Assembly: GCA_900234795.1 (NCBI GenBank)
Contig: LT962688.1
Location: forward strand, 4,170,001 to 4,202,000
Length of the DNA stretch: 32,000 bases
From: Methylorubrum extorquens
GTDB lineage: Bacteria > Pseudomonadota > Alphaproteobacteria > Rhizobiales > Beijerinckiaceae
Reading direction: 5' to 3'
Within the stretch, counting starts at the first letter, position 1. Each line of letters starts with the position of its first letter. The notes under the pieces are model-generated. The model searched no databases and was not told where the DNA came from. It saw nothing but the letters and a program-made list of their open reading frames with translations. Positions 18,681 through 27,092 of the stretch are shown piece after piece. The position numbers were made by a program, and so were the translations under genes.

Positions 18681-18891
18681 ATCGCCGGTCGTCCCCGACG
18701 GGCTTTCGTCACCGCTCCCACTGACTGGATCGGGCTGCGCTGAGCCGTCGCGGCCACGCATGGGCTGCCTTCGGAGTTAGGGCGCGGCGGGGCACCTTGG
18801 CCCCGCCGATTGCTCCCCGCATTGCGCCTTGCCCAGCACGGCGTTAGGCGGCCCACCCCCGGCCCTCGGCTGGCTCATCCTCAAGGACAGC

Positions 18892-20145
18892 ATGGCGCCC
18901 ACAACGCACCTCGCCCTGATCAACGTCTTCATCGGCGACATCCAGGGCGGGCTCGGACCGTTCCTCGGCACGTGGCTCGCGCAGATGCGGCAGTGGAGCC
19001 CTTCGCAGATCGGGCTCGTCACCACGCTGGTGGGCGTCGGCACGCTGCTGCTCAGCGGTCCCTTCGGCGCGCTGGTCGACCGCCTCGGGCGCCCCCGCCT
19101 GCTCATCGTGGTCTCCTGCGCCGCGATCCTCGCCGGCACGCTGCTCTTGATGCCGGCCCATTCCTTCGTGCCGGTGCTGGCGGCGCAGTTTCTGGCCGCG
19201 GCGGGCGGCACGCTGCTGCTGCTCGCGGTGACGGCGCTGACGCTGGGCGTCGTCGGCAAGGAGGCGTTCCCGCGCCAGCAGGGGCGCAACCAGGCCTTCA
19301 ACCATATCGGCATCCTGATCGCGGCCGGGCTCATCACCCTCGGCACCGCCCATTTCGGGCCCGAGATCGCCTTCTGGGTGCTGGGGGCCATGGCCGCCGC
19401 CGCCATCGCCGCCACGCTGGCCATGCCGGCCCGCGCCTTCAACCAGCGGCGCGCGGCGGGCTGGAAAGAGGAGGATGAGGCGGAGCCGGCCCGCTCCTCC
19501 TACTTCCAGATCTTCTCGAACAAGCGCCTGCTCGTGCTCGCCGTGGCGCTCGCCCTGTTCCAGCTCGGCAATGGCGGCATGCTGAGCCTGCTGGCGCAGA
19601 AGCTCGTCCACACCGCCGACGACCCCACCGCCTGGACCGCCCGCTACGTCATGGTGGCCCAGCTCGTGATGGTGCCGGTCGCGCTCGCCGCCGGCTCGCT
19701 CGCAGACCGGCGCGGCCGGCGCCAGCTCCTCATCGCCGCCTGCATTGCTTTGCCCGTCCGGGCGGCGCTCTCGGCCTTCATCGACGACCCGTACTGGCTC
19801 ATCACCGCCGAGATCCTCGACGGTGTGGCTTCGGGCATCATCGGCGTGGCGGTGCCGGTGGTCGTGGCCGACCTCACCTGGGGCTCGGGCCGCACCCAGA
19901 CGGCACTCGGCACCGTCAACGCCGTGCAGGGCGCGGGCGGCGCGCTCTCGGCCTGGTACGGCGGTCTCGCTCAGGGCTGGTTCGGCTGGAGCGGATCCTT
20001 CCTGGCCCTCGGCGCGGCGGGTGTCCTGGCCCTCGCCCTGGTCTGGTGGCTCGCCGCCACCACGGAGGAGAGCCACTCCCAGCGCCGGCGCACCCGGCGC
20101 GACGAGCGCCGCCGGGCCACCCATTCCGCGGAGAAGCCGGCCTGA
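18892..20145 (+). CDS. major facilitator superfamily (MFS) transporter
   Basis: About 417-aa polytopic membrane ORF. MFS-like loop motifs are GALVDRLGRPRLL and LADRRGRRQLL. The start is set at ATG 18892 (MAPTTHLALINVF) rather than the ORF-track maximum 18829. Confidence 0.85.
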   Translation: MAPTTHLALINVFIGDIQGGLGPFLGTWLAQMRQWSPSQIGLVTTLVGVGTLLLSGPFGALVDRLGRPRLLIVVSCAAILAGTLLLMPAHSFVPVLAAQFLAAAGGTLLLLAVTALTLGVVGKEAFPRQQGRNQAFNHIGILIAAGLITLGTAHFGPEIAFWVLGAMAAAAIAATLAMPARAFNQRRAAGWKEEDEAEPARSSYFQIFSNKRLLVLAVALALFQLGNGGMLSLLAQKLVHTADDPTAWTARYVMVAQLVMVPVALAAGSLADRRGRRQLLIAACIALPVRAALSAFIDDPYWLITAEILDGVASGIIGVAVPVVVADLTWGSGRTQTALGTVNAVQGAGGALSAWYGGLAQGWFGWSGSFLALGAAGVLALALVWWLAATTEESHSQRRRTRRDERRRATHSAEKPA

Positions 20146-20211
20146 TCGCGCGGAACAGGCCGCGTGGTCCGGCTGTTCACCGGGCGTTTCTCTTAACGCC
20201 GCGAGGCGCAG

Positions 20212-20730
20212 ATGGCTGACACCCCGACGGCCCGTTCCCAGGAAGACGCAAGGGGTCGAACGATCAGCGCGTACGAGCCCCGCGCCGTCCCCTGGCTCAG
20301 CGTCGTGTTCGGCTACGGGCCGATGCTGCCCTTCGTCGCCGGGGCGGTGCTGGTCTGGATCCTGCGCGGGCCGATGGCCGAGGCGGTCTTCACCCTGACG
20401 CTTCTCTGGGGGTGCGCGATCCTGCTGTTCCTCTCTGGCGTGCGCCGCGGCGTCAGCTTCCGCACCGAGGGTGGGGCGACCCTGGCGCAGATCGCCACGA
20501 TGCTGAGCCTGTTCCTGCTGGGCTACGGCGCCCTCATCGCCTTTGCTCTGGGCAAACCCGTCATCGCGCTGGGCCTGCTGATCGTCGGCTTCACCGAAAT
20601 CACGATTCTCGATCCCATCGCCGCGCGGCGGGGCGAGGCGCCGCTGTTCTTCGAGCGCCTGCGGCCGGCGCAGATCCCCCTGGCCGTCCTCAGCCTCGCC
20701 GCGCTACTGGCCTACCGCCTCACGCTCTGA
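20212..20730 (+). CDS. small polytopic membrane protein (DUF3429-like)
   Basis: 172-aa ORF with about four hydrophobic helices. The motif LLWGCAILLFLSGVRRG resembles DUF3429 proteins. The family assignment is from memory and was not computed. Confidence 0.6.
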   Translation: MADTPTARSQEDARGRTISAYEPRAVPWLSVVFGYGPMLPFVAGAVLVWILRGPMAEAVFTLTLLWGCAILLFLSGVRRGVSFRTEGGATLAQIATMLSLFLLGYGALIAFALGKPVIALGLLIVGFTEITILDPIAARRGEAPLFFERLRPAQIPLAVLSLAALLAYRLTL

Positions 20731-20814
20731 GCCTCGGTTCAGGATGATTGGCGAACATCGGCAGCTTTCGTAGAAGGCCGGCCCAGCCATTCCGCCAAGC
20801 TCTCCGACCGGCCC

Positions 20815-21186
20815 ATGCACGTCAGCCACGATCCCACCGCCCCGGAATCCGAAAAGATCGGGTTCGACGCCTTCCTTGCCGTCGACATCCGCGTCGGCAC
20901 CGTCGTCTCCGCCGAGCCCTTCCCCGAGGCGCGCAAACCGGCGATCAAGCTCGTCATCGATTTCGGGCCGGTGATCGGGACCAAGCGTTCCAGCGCGCAG
21001 ATCACCGAGCATTACAGCCCCGATACCCTGGTCGGCCGGCAGGTCGCGGCGGTGGTGAACTTCCCGCCGCGCCAGATCGGAAAATTCCTGTCGGAGGTGC
21101 TGACGCTCGGCTTTGCCGACCCGGCCGGCGCCGTGGTGCTGTTCGCCCCCGACAAGCCGGTGCCGGACGGCAGCCGGCTGTTCTAA
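20815..21186 (+). CDS. csaA: tRNA-binding (EMAP/OB-fold) domain chaperone CsaA
   Basis: [45 protein letters not shown]...[23 protein letters not shown] closely parallels Bacillus CsaA-type proteins. Confidence 0.85.
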   Translation: MHVSHDPTAPESEKIGFDAFLAVDIRVGTVVSAEPFPEARKPAIKLVIDFGPVIGTKRSSAQITEHYSPDTLVGRQVAAVVNFPPRQIGKFLSEVLTLGFADPAGAVVLFAPDKPVPDGSRLF

Positions 21187-21269
21187 CGCACCATCGGGTT
21201 GCCGCCCCGCCCGCGGCTGCGATAGAGCCGGACCTCATTTCCGACCCATCCCGCTCGATCGGCGACGAC

Positions 21270-22781
21270 ATGGCCAAGGCCGACACCCTGAAACCCCGCC
21301 TGCCGCGCGGCTTCCCCGACCGCACCGAGGCCGACATCGTGGCCCAGGGGCGGATGCTCGACACGATCCGGCAGACCTTCGAGCTGTACGGCTTCGAGGC
21401 GCTGGAGACCCCCTTCGTCGAGTACACCGAGTCGCTCGGCAAGTTCCTGCCGGATCTCGACCGGCCGAACGAGGGTGTGTTCTCGTTCCAGGACGACGAC
21501 GAGCAGTGGCTCTCGCTGCGCTACGATCTCACCGCGCCGCTCGCCCGCCATGTGGCGGAAAACTTCGACGCGATCCCGAAGCCCTATCGCAGCTACCGGG
21601 CGGGCTACGTCTTCCGCAACGAGAAGCCGGGGCCGGGCCGCTTCCGCCAGTTCATGCAGTTCGATGCCGACATCGTCGGCGCGGGCAGCGTCGCAGCCGA
21701 TGCCGAGACCTGCATGCTGATGGCCGACACGCTGGAGCGGCTCGGGCTCGCGGGCCAGTACGTGGTCAAGGTCAACAACCGCAAAGTGCTCGATGGCGTC
21801 ATGGAGGCGATCGGCCTCGCCGGACCGGACAAGGCCGGCCAGCGCCTCACCGTGCTGCGCGCCATCGACAAGCTCGACCGCCTCGGCGCCGACGGCGTGC
21901 GCTTGCTGCTCGGCCCCGGCCGCAAGGACGAGAGCGGCGACTTCACCAAGGGCGCCGGGCTTGGCGACGACGCGATCGAGCGCATCCTCGCCTATGTCGG
22001 CTTCGAGGCGAGCCCGCACGAGGGCGCCGACCGGATGGCGTTCTGGGAGAAGTTCTTCGGCTCCTGGCAGGAGGTCGTCGGCACCTCCGAGACCGGCCGC
22101 GAGGGCATCGCCGAACTCCACGCGATCATGCGGCTCTGTGAGGCGGCGGGCTACGGCCATGACCGGGTGCGGGCCGACCCCTCCGTGGTCCGCGGTCTCG
22201 AATACTACACCGGCCCCGTCTACGAGGCGGAGCTGACCTTCCCCGTCACCAACGAGGACGGCCAGACCGTCCGCTTCGGCTCGGTGGCGGGTGGCGGGCG
22301 CTATGACGGCCTCGTCGGTCGCTTCCGCAGCGAGCCGGTGCCGGCGACCGGCTTTTCCATCGGCGTCTCGCGGCTGTTCTCGGCCCTGCGGCTGACCAAG
22401 AGCCCGTTGGTGGAAGGCGCGGCCAAGCCCGGCCCGGTCGTGGTGCTGGTGCTCGATCGCGAGAACATCGCCGAGTATCAGGCGCTGGTCGCGCAGCTGC
22501 GCGCGGAGAACATCCGGGCCGAGCTTTATCTCGGTGCGGCCGGGATGAAGGCGCAGATGAAATATGCTGACCGCCGCCGCGCGCCGGCGGTGGTGATCCA
22601 GGGCTCGAACGAGCGCGAGGCCGGCGAGGTCCAGATCAAGGACCTGATCGCGGGCGCCCGCGCCGCCGAAGCCATCGCCAGCAATGCCGAATGGAAGGCC
22701 GCCCGTCCGGCCCAGGTCTCGGTGCCGGTGGAACAGATGGTCGAGACGGTTCGCGAAACGCTGGCACGGCATTTCGGGTGA
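21270..22781 (+). CDS. hisS: histidine--tRNA ligase
   Basis: About 503-aa protein from the internal ATG ([18 protein letters not shown]...). Class II motifs are present ([52 protein letters not shown]) with a C-terminal anticodon-binding domain. The upstream part of ORF 20748..22781 overlaps csaA and is not coding. Confidence 0.93.
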   Translation: MAKADTLKPRLPRGFPDRTEADIVAQGRMLDTIRQTFELYGFEALETPFVEYTESLGKFLPDLDRPNEGVFSFQDDDEQWLSLRYDLTAPLARHVAENFDAIPKPYRSYRAGYVFRNEKPGPGRFRQFMQFDADIVGAGSVAADAETCMLMADTLERLGLAGQYVVKVNNRKVLDGVMEAIGLAGPDKAGQRLTVLRAIDKLDRLGADGVRLLLGPGRKDESGDFTKGAGLGDDAIERILAYVGFEASPHEGADRMAFWEKFFGSWQEVVGTSETGREGIAELHAIMRLCEAAGYGHDRVRADPSVVRGLEYYTGPVYEAELTFPVTNEDGQTVRFGSVAGGGRYDGLVGRFRSEPVPATGFSIGVSRLFSALRLTKSPLVEGAAKPGPVVVLVLDRENIAEYQALVAQLRAENIRAELYLGAAGMKAQMKYADRRRAPAVVIQGSNEREAGEVQIKDLIAGARAAEAIASNAEWKAARPAQVSVPVEQMVETVRETLARHFG

Positions 22782-22814
22782 GAAGCACCGAATAACCGGT
22801 CCGTTTTAGCGCAT

Positions 22815-22842
22815 CCCCTCTCCCCGCCTGCGGGGAGAGGGG
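22815..22842. terminator. perfect 11-bp GC-rich hairpin (CCCCTCTCCCC-GCCTGC-GGGGAGAGGGG) between convergent hisS and the stress operon
   Basis: Read directly. There is no clear T-tract on either side, so it could be a bidirectional terminator or a REP-type element. Confidence 0.5.
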
Positions 22843-22860
22843 AAGACCCGCGCTTGTCCC

Positions 22861-23709
22861 TTACGGACGGTGCGGCGGCCGGCTGGTTTCGTTGAAGCCG
22901 GGCCGAGAGCCGGTCGCTTGGCCGGTCGCTTGGCCGGCCGTTTGGCCAGTTGCTTGGCCGGTCGTCGGCCCGCCCTGCTGACCACTCTGCGAGCCGCCTT
23001 CCGCGCTCGCGCGCTTGACCGCCGCATCGAGGTTTTCAGGGTCGAGCGCCGTCTCGACGAAGGCGCGGCCGCGATGGGTCAGATCGCGGGCGTAGCGGAT
23101 GCCCTGGTCGCGCAGGTCGTCGGCATAGGGGCCGAGCGCCTGGTCCTCCTGGCGGGTGCGCGGCAGGAGCGCGCCGAGCAGCAGGCCGGCGGCGAGGCCG
23201 ACCACGCCGACGAGGAGCGGGTTCTCGGAGACGAAGTGCTCCGTGGCGGTGCGGCCCTCGTGCAGGCGGCGATAGCCGCGATCCGCGAGGTCGGCGGCGC
23301 GCTGGCGCTGCGTCTCATAGCGGTCTTCCGCCCAGGAGCGGGCATCCTCGTAGGTCTCGCCCGCCCGCTCGCGGGCGGCGCGAACCGTGTCGCTGGCCTG
23401 GGCGCGGGTGGAATCAGCAGCCTCGCTCACGCGGTTCTTCAGCTCGGAAGCCCGGTCCGCGGCCTGGTCGCGCAGGTTGCGTGCGCCTTCCCGCGCCTGT
23501 TCGGTCGTGTCCTGCAGGCCGGCTTGCAGGCGGGCATTGGCGTCGCGGCCCTGCGTGGTCGCGCGGTCGGAAATGTCGTGCAGATTGTGCTCGACGCCGG
23601 ACTCGCGGGGCATGCCGGAGCGGGCGGCGATGTTCTCGGGCAGCGTCTCCACCGGCGCGCCAGTCGGCGGCGTGGTGACAGGGCCTTGATGGTTGGGACC
23701 TTGGCTCAT
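22861..23709 (-). CDS. stress-type membrane-anchored protein with LEA/apolipoprotein-like charged helical N-terminal region
   Basis: 282-aa ORF with a GGAG 8 nt upstream of the ATG. It has a long Ala/Arg/Asp/Glu-rich helical region and one TM segment (ENPLLVGVVGLAAGLLLGALL). The C-terminal tail contains GQAT-type repeats. It is the last gene of a same-strand four-gene cluster. Confidence 0.7.
   Translation of the reverse strand: MSQGPNHQGPVTTPPTGAPVETLPENIAARSGMPRESGVEHNLHDISDRATTQGRDANARLQAGLQDTTEQAREGARNLRDQAADRASELKNRVSEAADSTRAQASDTVRAARERAGETYEDARSWAEDRYETQRQRAADLADRGYRRLHEGRTATEHFVSENPLLVGVVGLAAGLLLGALLPRTRQEDQALGPYADDLRDQGIRYARDLTHRGRAFVETALDPENLDAAVKRASAEGGSQSGQQGGPTTGQATGQTAGQATGQATGSRPGFNETSRPPHRP
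22911..22970. repeat. 12-bp tandem repeat, about 5 units (CGGTCGCTTGGC x2 perfect, then degenerate), inside CDS 22861..23709
   Basis: Read directly. On the minus strand it encodes TGQATGQTAGQATGQATG. Confidence 0.85.
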
Positions 23710-23773
23710 GATGGACTCCGTTTCCTGGTCGGCCGGCGGCGCGGAATGCCCGCGCGCGGCCTGAGATGAGAGG

Positions 23774-24160
23774 TCAGACCTGACGCTCGGGCGGCAGATC
23801 GTGGAGGGGGCGCCCGCCGGGGGCGTCGGGGTCGTAGGTGCGGTCGGCCCCCGTCACGGTGACGGGCTTGGCCTCCACCGGCACCACGGCACGGGAGGGA
23901 GAGGGACGACGGACGGTCCGCATGCCGTTGAGCAGGAGGCCGACGCCGGCCGCGATCAGCAGCACCGGCACGGGGTTGCGCCTCACCGCCAGCAGGGCGT
24001 CGTCGTAGAAACCGCTATAGGGCGTCTGCCGGGCCGAGCCGAGCATCTCGTCGACGAGGCTCGACGCGTTCAGGCGCCCCTGGATCCGGTCGATGGTCTC
24101 ATCGAGACGGGCGCGGCTCTGCTCGATGTCCTTCTCGAGATCCGAGATCGATTCGCTCAT
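23774..24160 (-). CDS. DUF3618-type protein (N-terminal helix, C-terminal TM segment)
   Basis: The start is set at the ATG of MSESISDLEKDIEQSRARLDETIDRIQGRLN, which matches the DUF3618 N-terminal pattern. The TM segment is PVPVLLIAAGVGLLL. The ATG overlaps the upstream gene's stop (ATGA). Confidence 0.75.
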   Translation of the reverse strand: MSESISDLEKDIEQSRARLDETIDRIQGRLNASSLVDEMLGSARQTPYSGFYDDALLAVRRNPVPVLLIAAGVGLLLNGMRTVRRPSPSRAVVPVEAKPVTVTGADRTYDPDAPGGRPLHDLPPERQV

Positions 24161-24564
24161 CCCGAAACCCTTTCCGTCAACGCGCGGGCATCCTGCCGGA
24201 CCTGCCGCGAGGTCCGGGTCGGCGCGAGGTTGGACAGCGACATCGCCCGGGCGCCGATGACGCCGAGCACCACGGCTATGAGCAGCATGCCGCCGCCCAC
24301 CAGCAGGGCCGCGAGCCATTCGGACCCCACGAGGGTCGCGACGAACTTCACGAGCGCGCCGATGAGCACCAGCATCGCCGTGACCGCGAACACCGCGGCC
24401 AGCACCATCATCGCGAGGCCGATGAACAACGAGCGGACGTTGCTCGTCATCTCCGTGCGGAAGAGGGCGATCTCCTTGCTGGCAAGCTCACTCGCCTCGC
24501 GCAGGGCGTCCGCGACGAGGGCTTGGATCGAGGAGGGGGGCGGGGAAGGGTTGGGGCCTGTCAT
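24157..24564 (-). CDS. Holin-X / phage-holin superfamily III-like small membrane protein
   Basis: The start is set at the ATG of MTGPNPSPPPSSIQALVADALREASELASKEIALFRTEM... Two hydrophobic helices follow. The pattern matches the Phage_holin_3_6 (Holin-X) family as I remember it. The rest of ORF 24157..25086 upstream is not protein-like. Confidence 0.75.
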   Translation of the reverse strand: MTGPNPSPPPSSIQALVADALREASELASKEIALFRTEMTSNVRSLFIGLAMMVLAAVFAVTAMLVLIGALVKFVATLVGSEWLAALLVGGGMLLIAVVLGVIGARAMSLSNLAPTRTSRQVRQDARALTERVSG

Positions 24565-24575
24565 GGCGCGTCCCT

Positions 24576-25073
24576 TCAAGCCCGGTAGTCGTCGTAGGCG
24601 CGGTCCGTCTCGGGGCTGCCCGACGCCTTGACGAAGCGCGACAGCAGGAAGCCCGCCGCGAACGCGCCGACCGCCACCGTCACCGGGGAACGCCGGGCGT
24701 AGGTTTCCGCCTGACGGTAGAAGTCGTCGAGGCTGCGCCGCTCGATCGAGCCGGCGAGATCGTCGAGCCCCTCGGCGGCGCTGTCGAAGAAGGCGCGGAT
24801 GTTGGGGCGATCGTCGAAGGTCTTGCCGGAATCGCGCAGGGACTTGGCGAGGTCCGAGACGGAACGGGCCGCCTCGCCCTTGCGGTCGTCGACGTAGGAG
24901 AGGGCCTGCTGGCGTGCGGCGGCGGCGAGCCCCTTGCTGCGCTCGGCGGCCAGACTGGCGGTGTCTTCCACGTCGTGGCGCAGATCCTCCAGGTCGGCCT
25001 TGGTCTCGGCCGGCCGGGCACCGCCGACGGGATCTGGGGACGCGGACGAGGTCATGGGCTTGTCTCCGGGCAA
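24576..25073 (-). CDS. hypothetical stress-operon protein with C-terminal membrane anchor
   Basis: 165-aa ORF with a charged helical N-terminal part and a TM segment (VTVAVGAFAAGFLLSRFV). It is the first gene of the four-gene cluster. An alternative ATG lies at 25055. Confidence 0.65.
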   Translation of the reverse strand: MPGDKPMTSSASPDPVGGARPAETKADLEDLRHDVEDTASLAAERSKGLAAAARQQALSYVDDRKGEAARSVSDLAKSLRDSGKTFDDRPNIRAFFDSAAEGLDDLAGSIERRSLDDFYRQAETYARRSPVTVAVGAFAAGFLLSRFVKASGSPETDRAYDDYRA

Positions 25074-25137
25074 GATGGCTGGTCAAGATCGCCGACCGGC
25101 GCGGATGCGCTTCGATCTGCGATTAACGTGGCCGAAG

Positions 25138-25163
25138 AACCGTTGGCTGCCTCGCGGAGTTCC
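25138..25163 (-). promoter_or_regulatory. weak sigma-EcfG-like (general stress) promoter candidate: GGAAC-N17-GGTT on the minus strand
   Basis: The minus strand reads GGAAC (25163..25159), then tccgcgaggcagccaac, then GGTT. The -35 is exact and the -10 matches 3 of 4. It lies about 65 nt upstream of the 25073 start. Confidence 0.3.
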
Positions 25164-25552
25164 GTTTCACGAGACCCTTCCGGGCTGCGGTCGCCGAACG
25201 ACCGGCCTTCCGCGAACGGAAGTCAGGACAAGCGAGGAAGCACCGCCCCTCCGATGCCGATGCCCGCCCCGATCATGCGCCCCGGCCCGATGCCGGTTCA
25301 GGACCGGATGTCATCGCCTATTCAGCTTGGCCCTTGCATGGTGGCGGCGGCTCTGCTGCACTGCGGGCAACGCGGGAAGGCGTGGGGGCCGGTCGGGCGG
25401 ATGCGGGATCGAACAGCGGTAACATCATCGGTCCGCCCGCTTGACCTGCAGGGGGGGATGCGTTTGGCTGCATCTCGACGGATCGCGCCAGGCTTCCGCG
25501 CGTTTTCACCCAGACGCAAGACCCTCAAGACCCTTCGGCCGACGCGCTCCGC

Positions 25553-27010
25553 GTGCCGGCCCCAGCGAGGACCGGAGCCGGGTTCGTGGCACGTCTGATC
25601 ATCGTCTCCAACCGTGTCGCCGTACCCGCCGAGGGTAAGGATGCGGTCTCCGCAGGGGGACTCGCCGTCGCGGTCAAGGAAGCTTTCTCCTCCTACGAGG
25701 GGTTGTGGTTCGGTTGGAGCGGAAACATCCGCGACAACCCGAGCGCCGAGCCGGAACTGATCGACCGCGGGTCGATCCAGTACGCCGTCCTCGACCTGTC
25801 GCCGCAAGACCACCGCGAGTACTACGCCGGCTTTGCCAACCGGGCACTCTGGCCGATCATGCATTACCGGATCGGGCTGGGGACGTTCTCCCGCTCGGAT
25901 TATGCCGGCTACCAGCGCGTCAACCAGACCTTCGCCCAGGCACTCGCCAAGCTCGTCGAGCCGGACGACCTGATCTGGGTGCACGACTACCACCTGCTGC
26001 CGCTGGCGAGCGAGCTGCGCGGCCAGGGCATCGCCAACCCGATCGGCTACTTCCACCACATCCCGTGGCCCGCCGCCGACGTGTTCAACACCCTGCCCGC
26101 CAGCAACGAGCTGCTGCGCGCCATGGCCGATTACGACCTGATCGGATTGCAGACCGATTCGGACGTGCAGAACCTCTCGCGCAACTTCATCGACACGATG
26201 CGGGCGATCCCGCTCGGCGGCGGCTCGATGATGGTGGACGGGCGGCGCACGCGAATCCGCTCCTTCCCCATCGGCATCGATGTCGCCAGCTTCAAGGAGG
26301 CCGCCGACAAGGCCGGCTCCAACAAGGTGGTGCGCGAGACCATGGCGGGCCTGCGCACCCGCAAGCTGCTCATCGGCGTCGATCGGCTCGACTACTCGAA
26401 GGGCGTGCCCGAGCGCATGGAGGCGGTGGACCGCTTCTTCGCCTCGAATCCGGACCAGCGCGGCAACGTCGTCTACATCCAGATCACGCCGAAATCCCGC
26501 AGCGAGGTGCCGGAATACGAGCAGCTCTCGCGCGAGGTGAACGAGAAGGTCGGCGACATCAACGGCATGCTCGGCGAGCCGGCCTGGACGCCGATCCAGT
26601 ACGTTACCAAGGCCTATCCGCGCCCCGTGCTCGCCGGTCTCTACCGGGCCGCCCGCGTCGGCCTCGTCACGCCGATGCGCGACGGCATGAACCTCGTGGC
26701 CAAGGAATACGTCGTCGCCCAGAGCGAGGAGGATCCCGGCGTCCTCGTCCTCTCGAAATTCGCGGGTGCGGCCCGGCAGTTGCCCGAGGCGCTGCTCGTG
26801 AACCCCTACGACCGCTTCGAGGTCGCCGAGGCGATCCGGCAGGCGCTCTACATGCCCCGCGGCGAGCGCCTGGAGCGCTGGAAGCCGATGGCGGACCGCA
26901 TGCGGCGCGAGGACGTGGATTGGTGGGCCCGCTGTTTCATGGTGGAGCTGGAGACCTTCCGCACCGTCGAGCGCGAGCCGCCGAGCACGACGGCGGCGGC
27001 GGCGGAGTAG
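25553..27010 (+). CDS. otsA: alpha,alpha-trehalose-phosphate synthase (UDP-forming), GT20
   Basis: Diagnostic OtsA segments: [80 protein letters not shown]. The true start may be GTG at 25586. Confidence 0.92.
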   Translation: MPAPARTGAGFVARLIIVSNRVAVPAEGKDAVSAGGLAVAVKEAFSSYEGLWFGWSGNIRDNPSAEPELIDRGSIQYAVLDLSPQDHREYYAGFANRALWPIMHYRIGLGTFSRSDYAGYQRVNQTFAQALAKLVEPDDLIWVHDYHLLPLASELRGQGIANPIGYFHHIPWPAADVFNTLPASNELLRAMADYDLIGLQTDSDVQNLSRNFIDTMRAIPLGGGSMMVDGRRTRIRSFPIGIDVASFKEAADKAGSNKVVRETMAGLRTRKLLIGVDRLDYSKGVPERMEAVDRFFASNPDQRGNVVYIQITPKSRSEVPEYEQLSREVNEKVGDINGMLGEPAWTPIQYVTKAYPRPVLAGLYRAARVGLVTPMRDGMNLVAKEYVVAQSEEDPGVLVLSKFAGAARQLPEALLVNPYDRFEVAEAIRQALYMPRGERLERWKPMADRMRREDVDWWARCFMVELETFRTVEREPPSTTAAAAE

Positions 27011-27092
27011 AGCGCGGCTTCCGCCTCGGCGACGAATCGGCCTCAGTCGAAGCGTGGCCTTTCACTTTGGGCCCGTTTCACGAAAGACCGGA

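Noticed and set aside
18844-20124. Long antisense or overlapping ORFs. These include 18844..20124-, 21183..22772-, 1624..2508-, 5226..6623+, 28592..29878-, 29881..31056-, 8111..9052-, 9330..10109- and 16098..17651+
   Set aside because: Each one mirrors a gene with clear family signatures on the other strand or frame. Their translations are dominated by Arg/Gly/Ala/Pro runs. They are high-GC frame artefacts.
24157-24564. Holin-family gene as evidence of a prophage lysis cassette
   Set aside because: There is no endolysin, spanin, terminase, capsid or integrase gene anywhere in the window. The neighbours are DUF3618 and LEA-like stress proteins instead.
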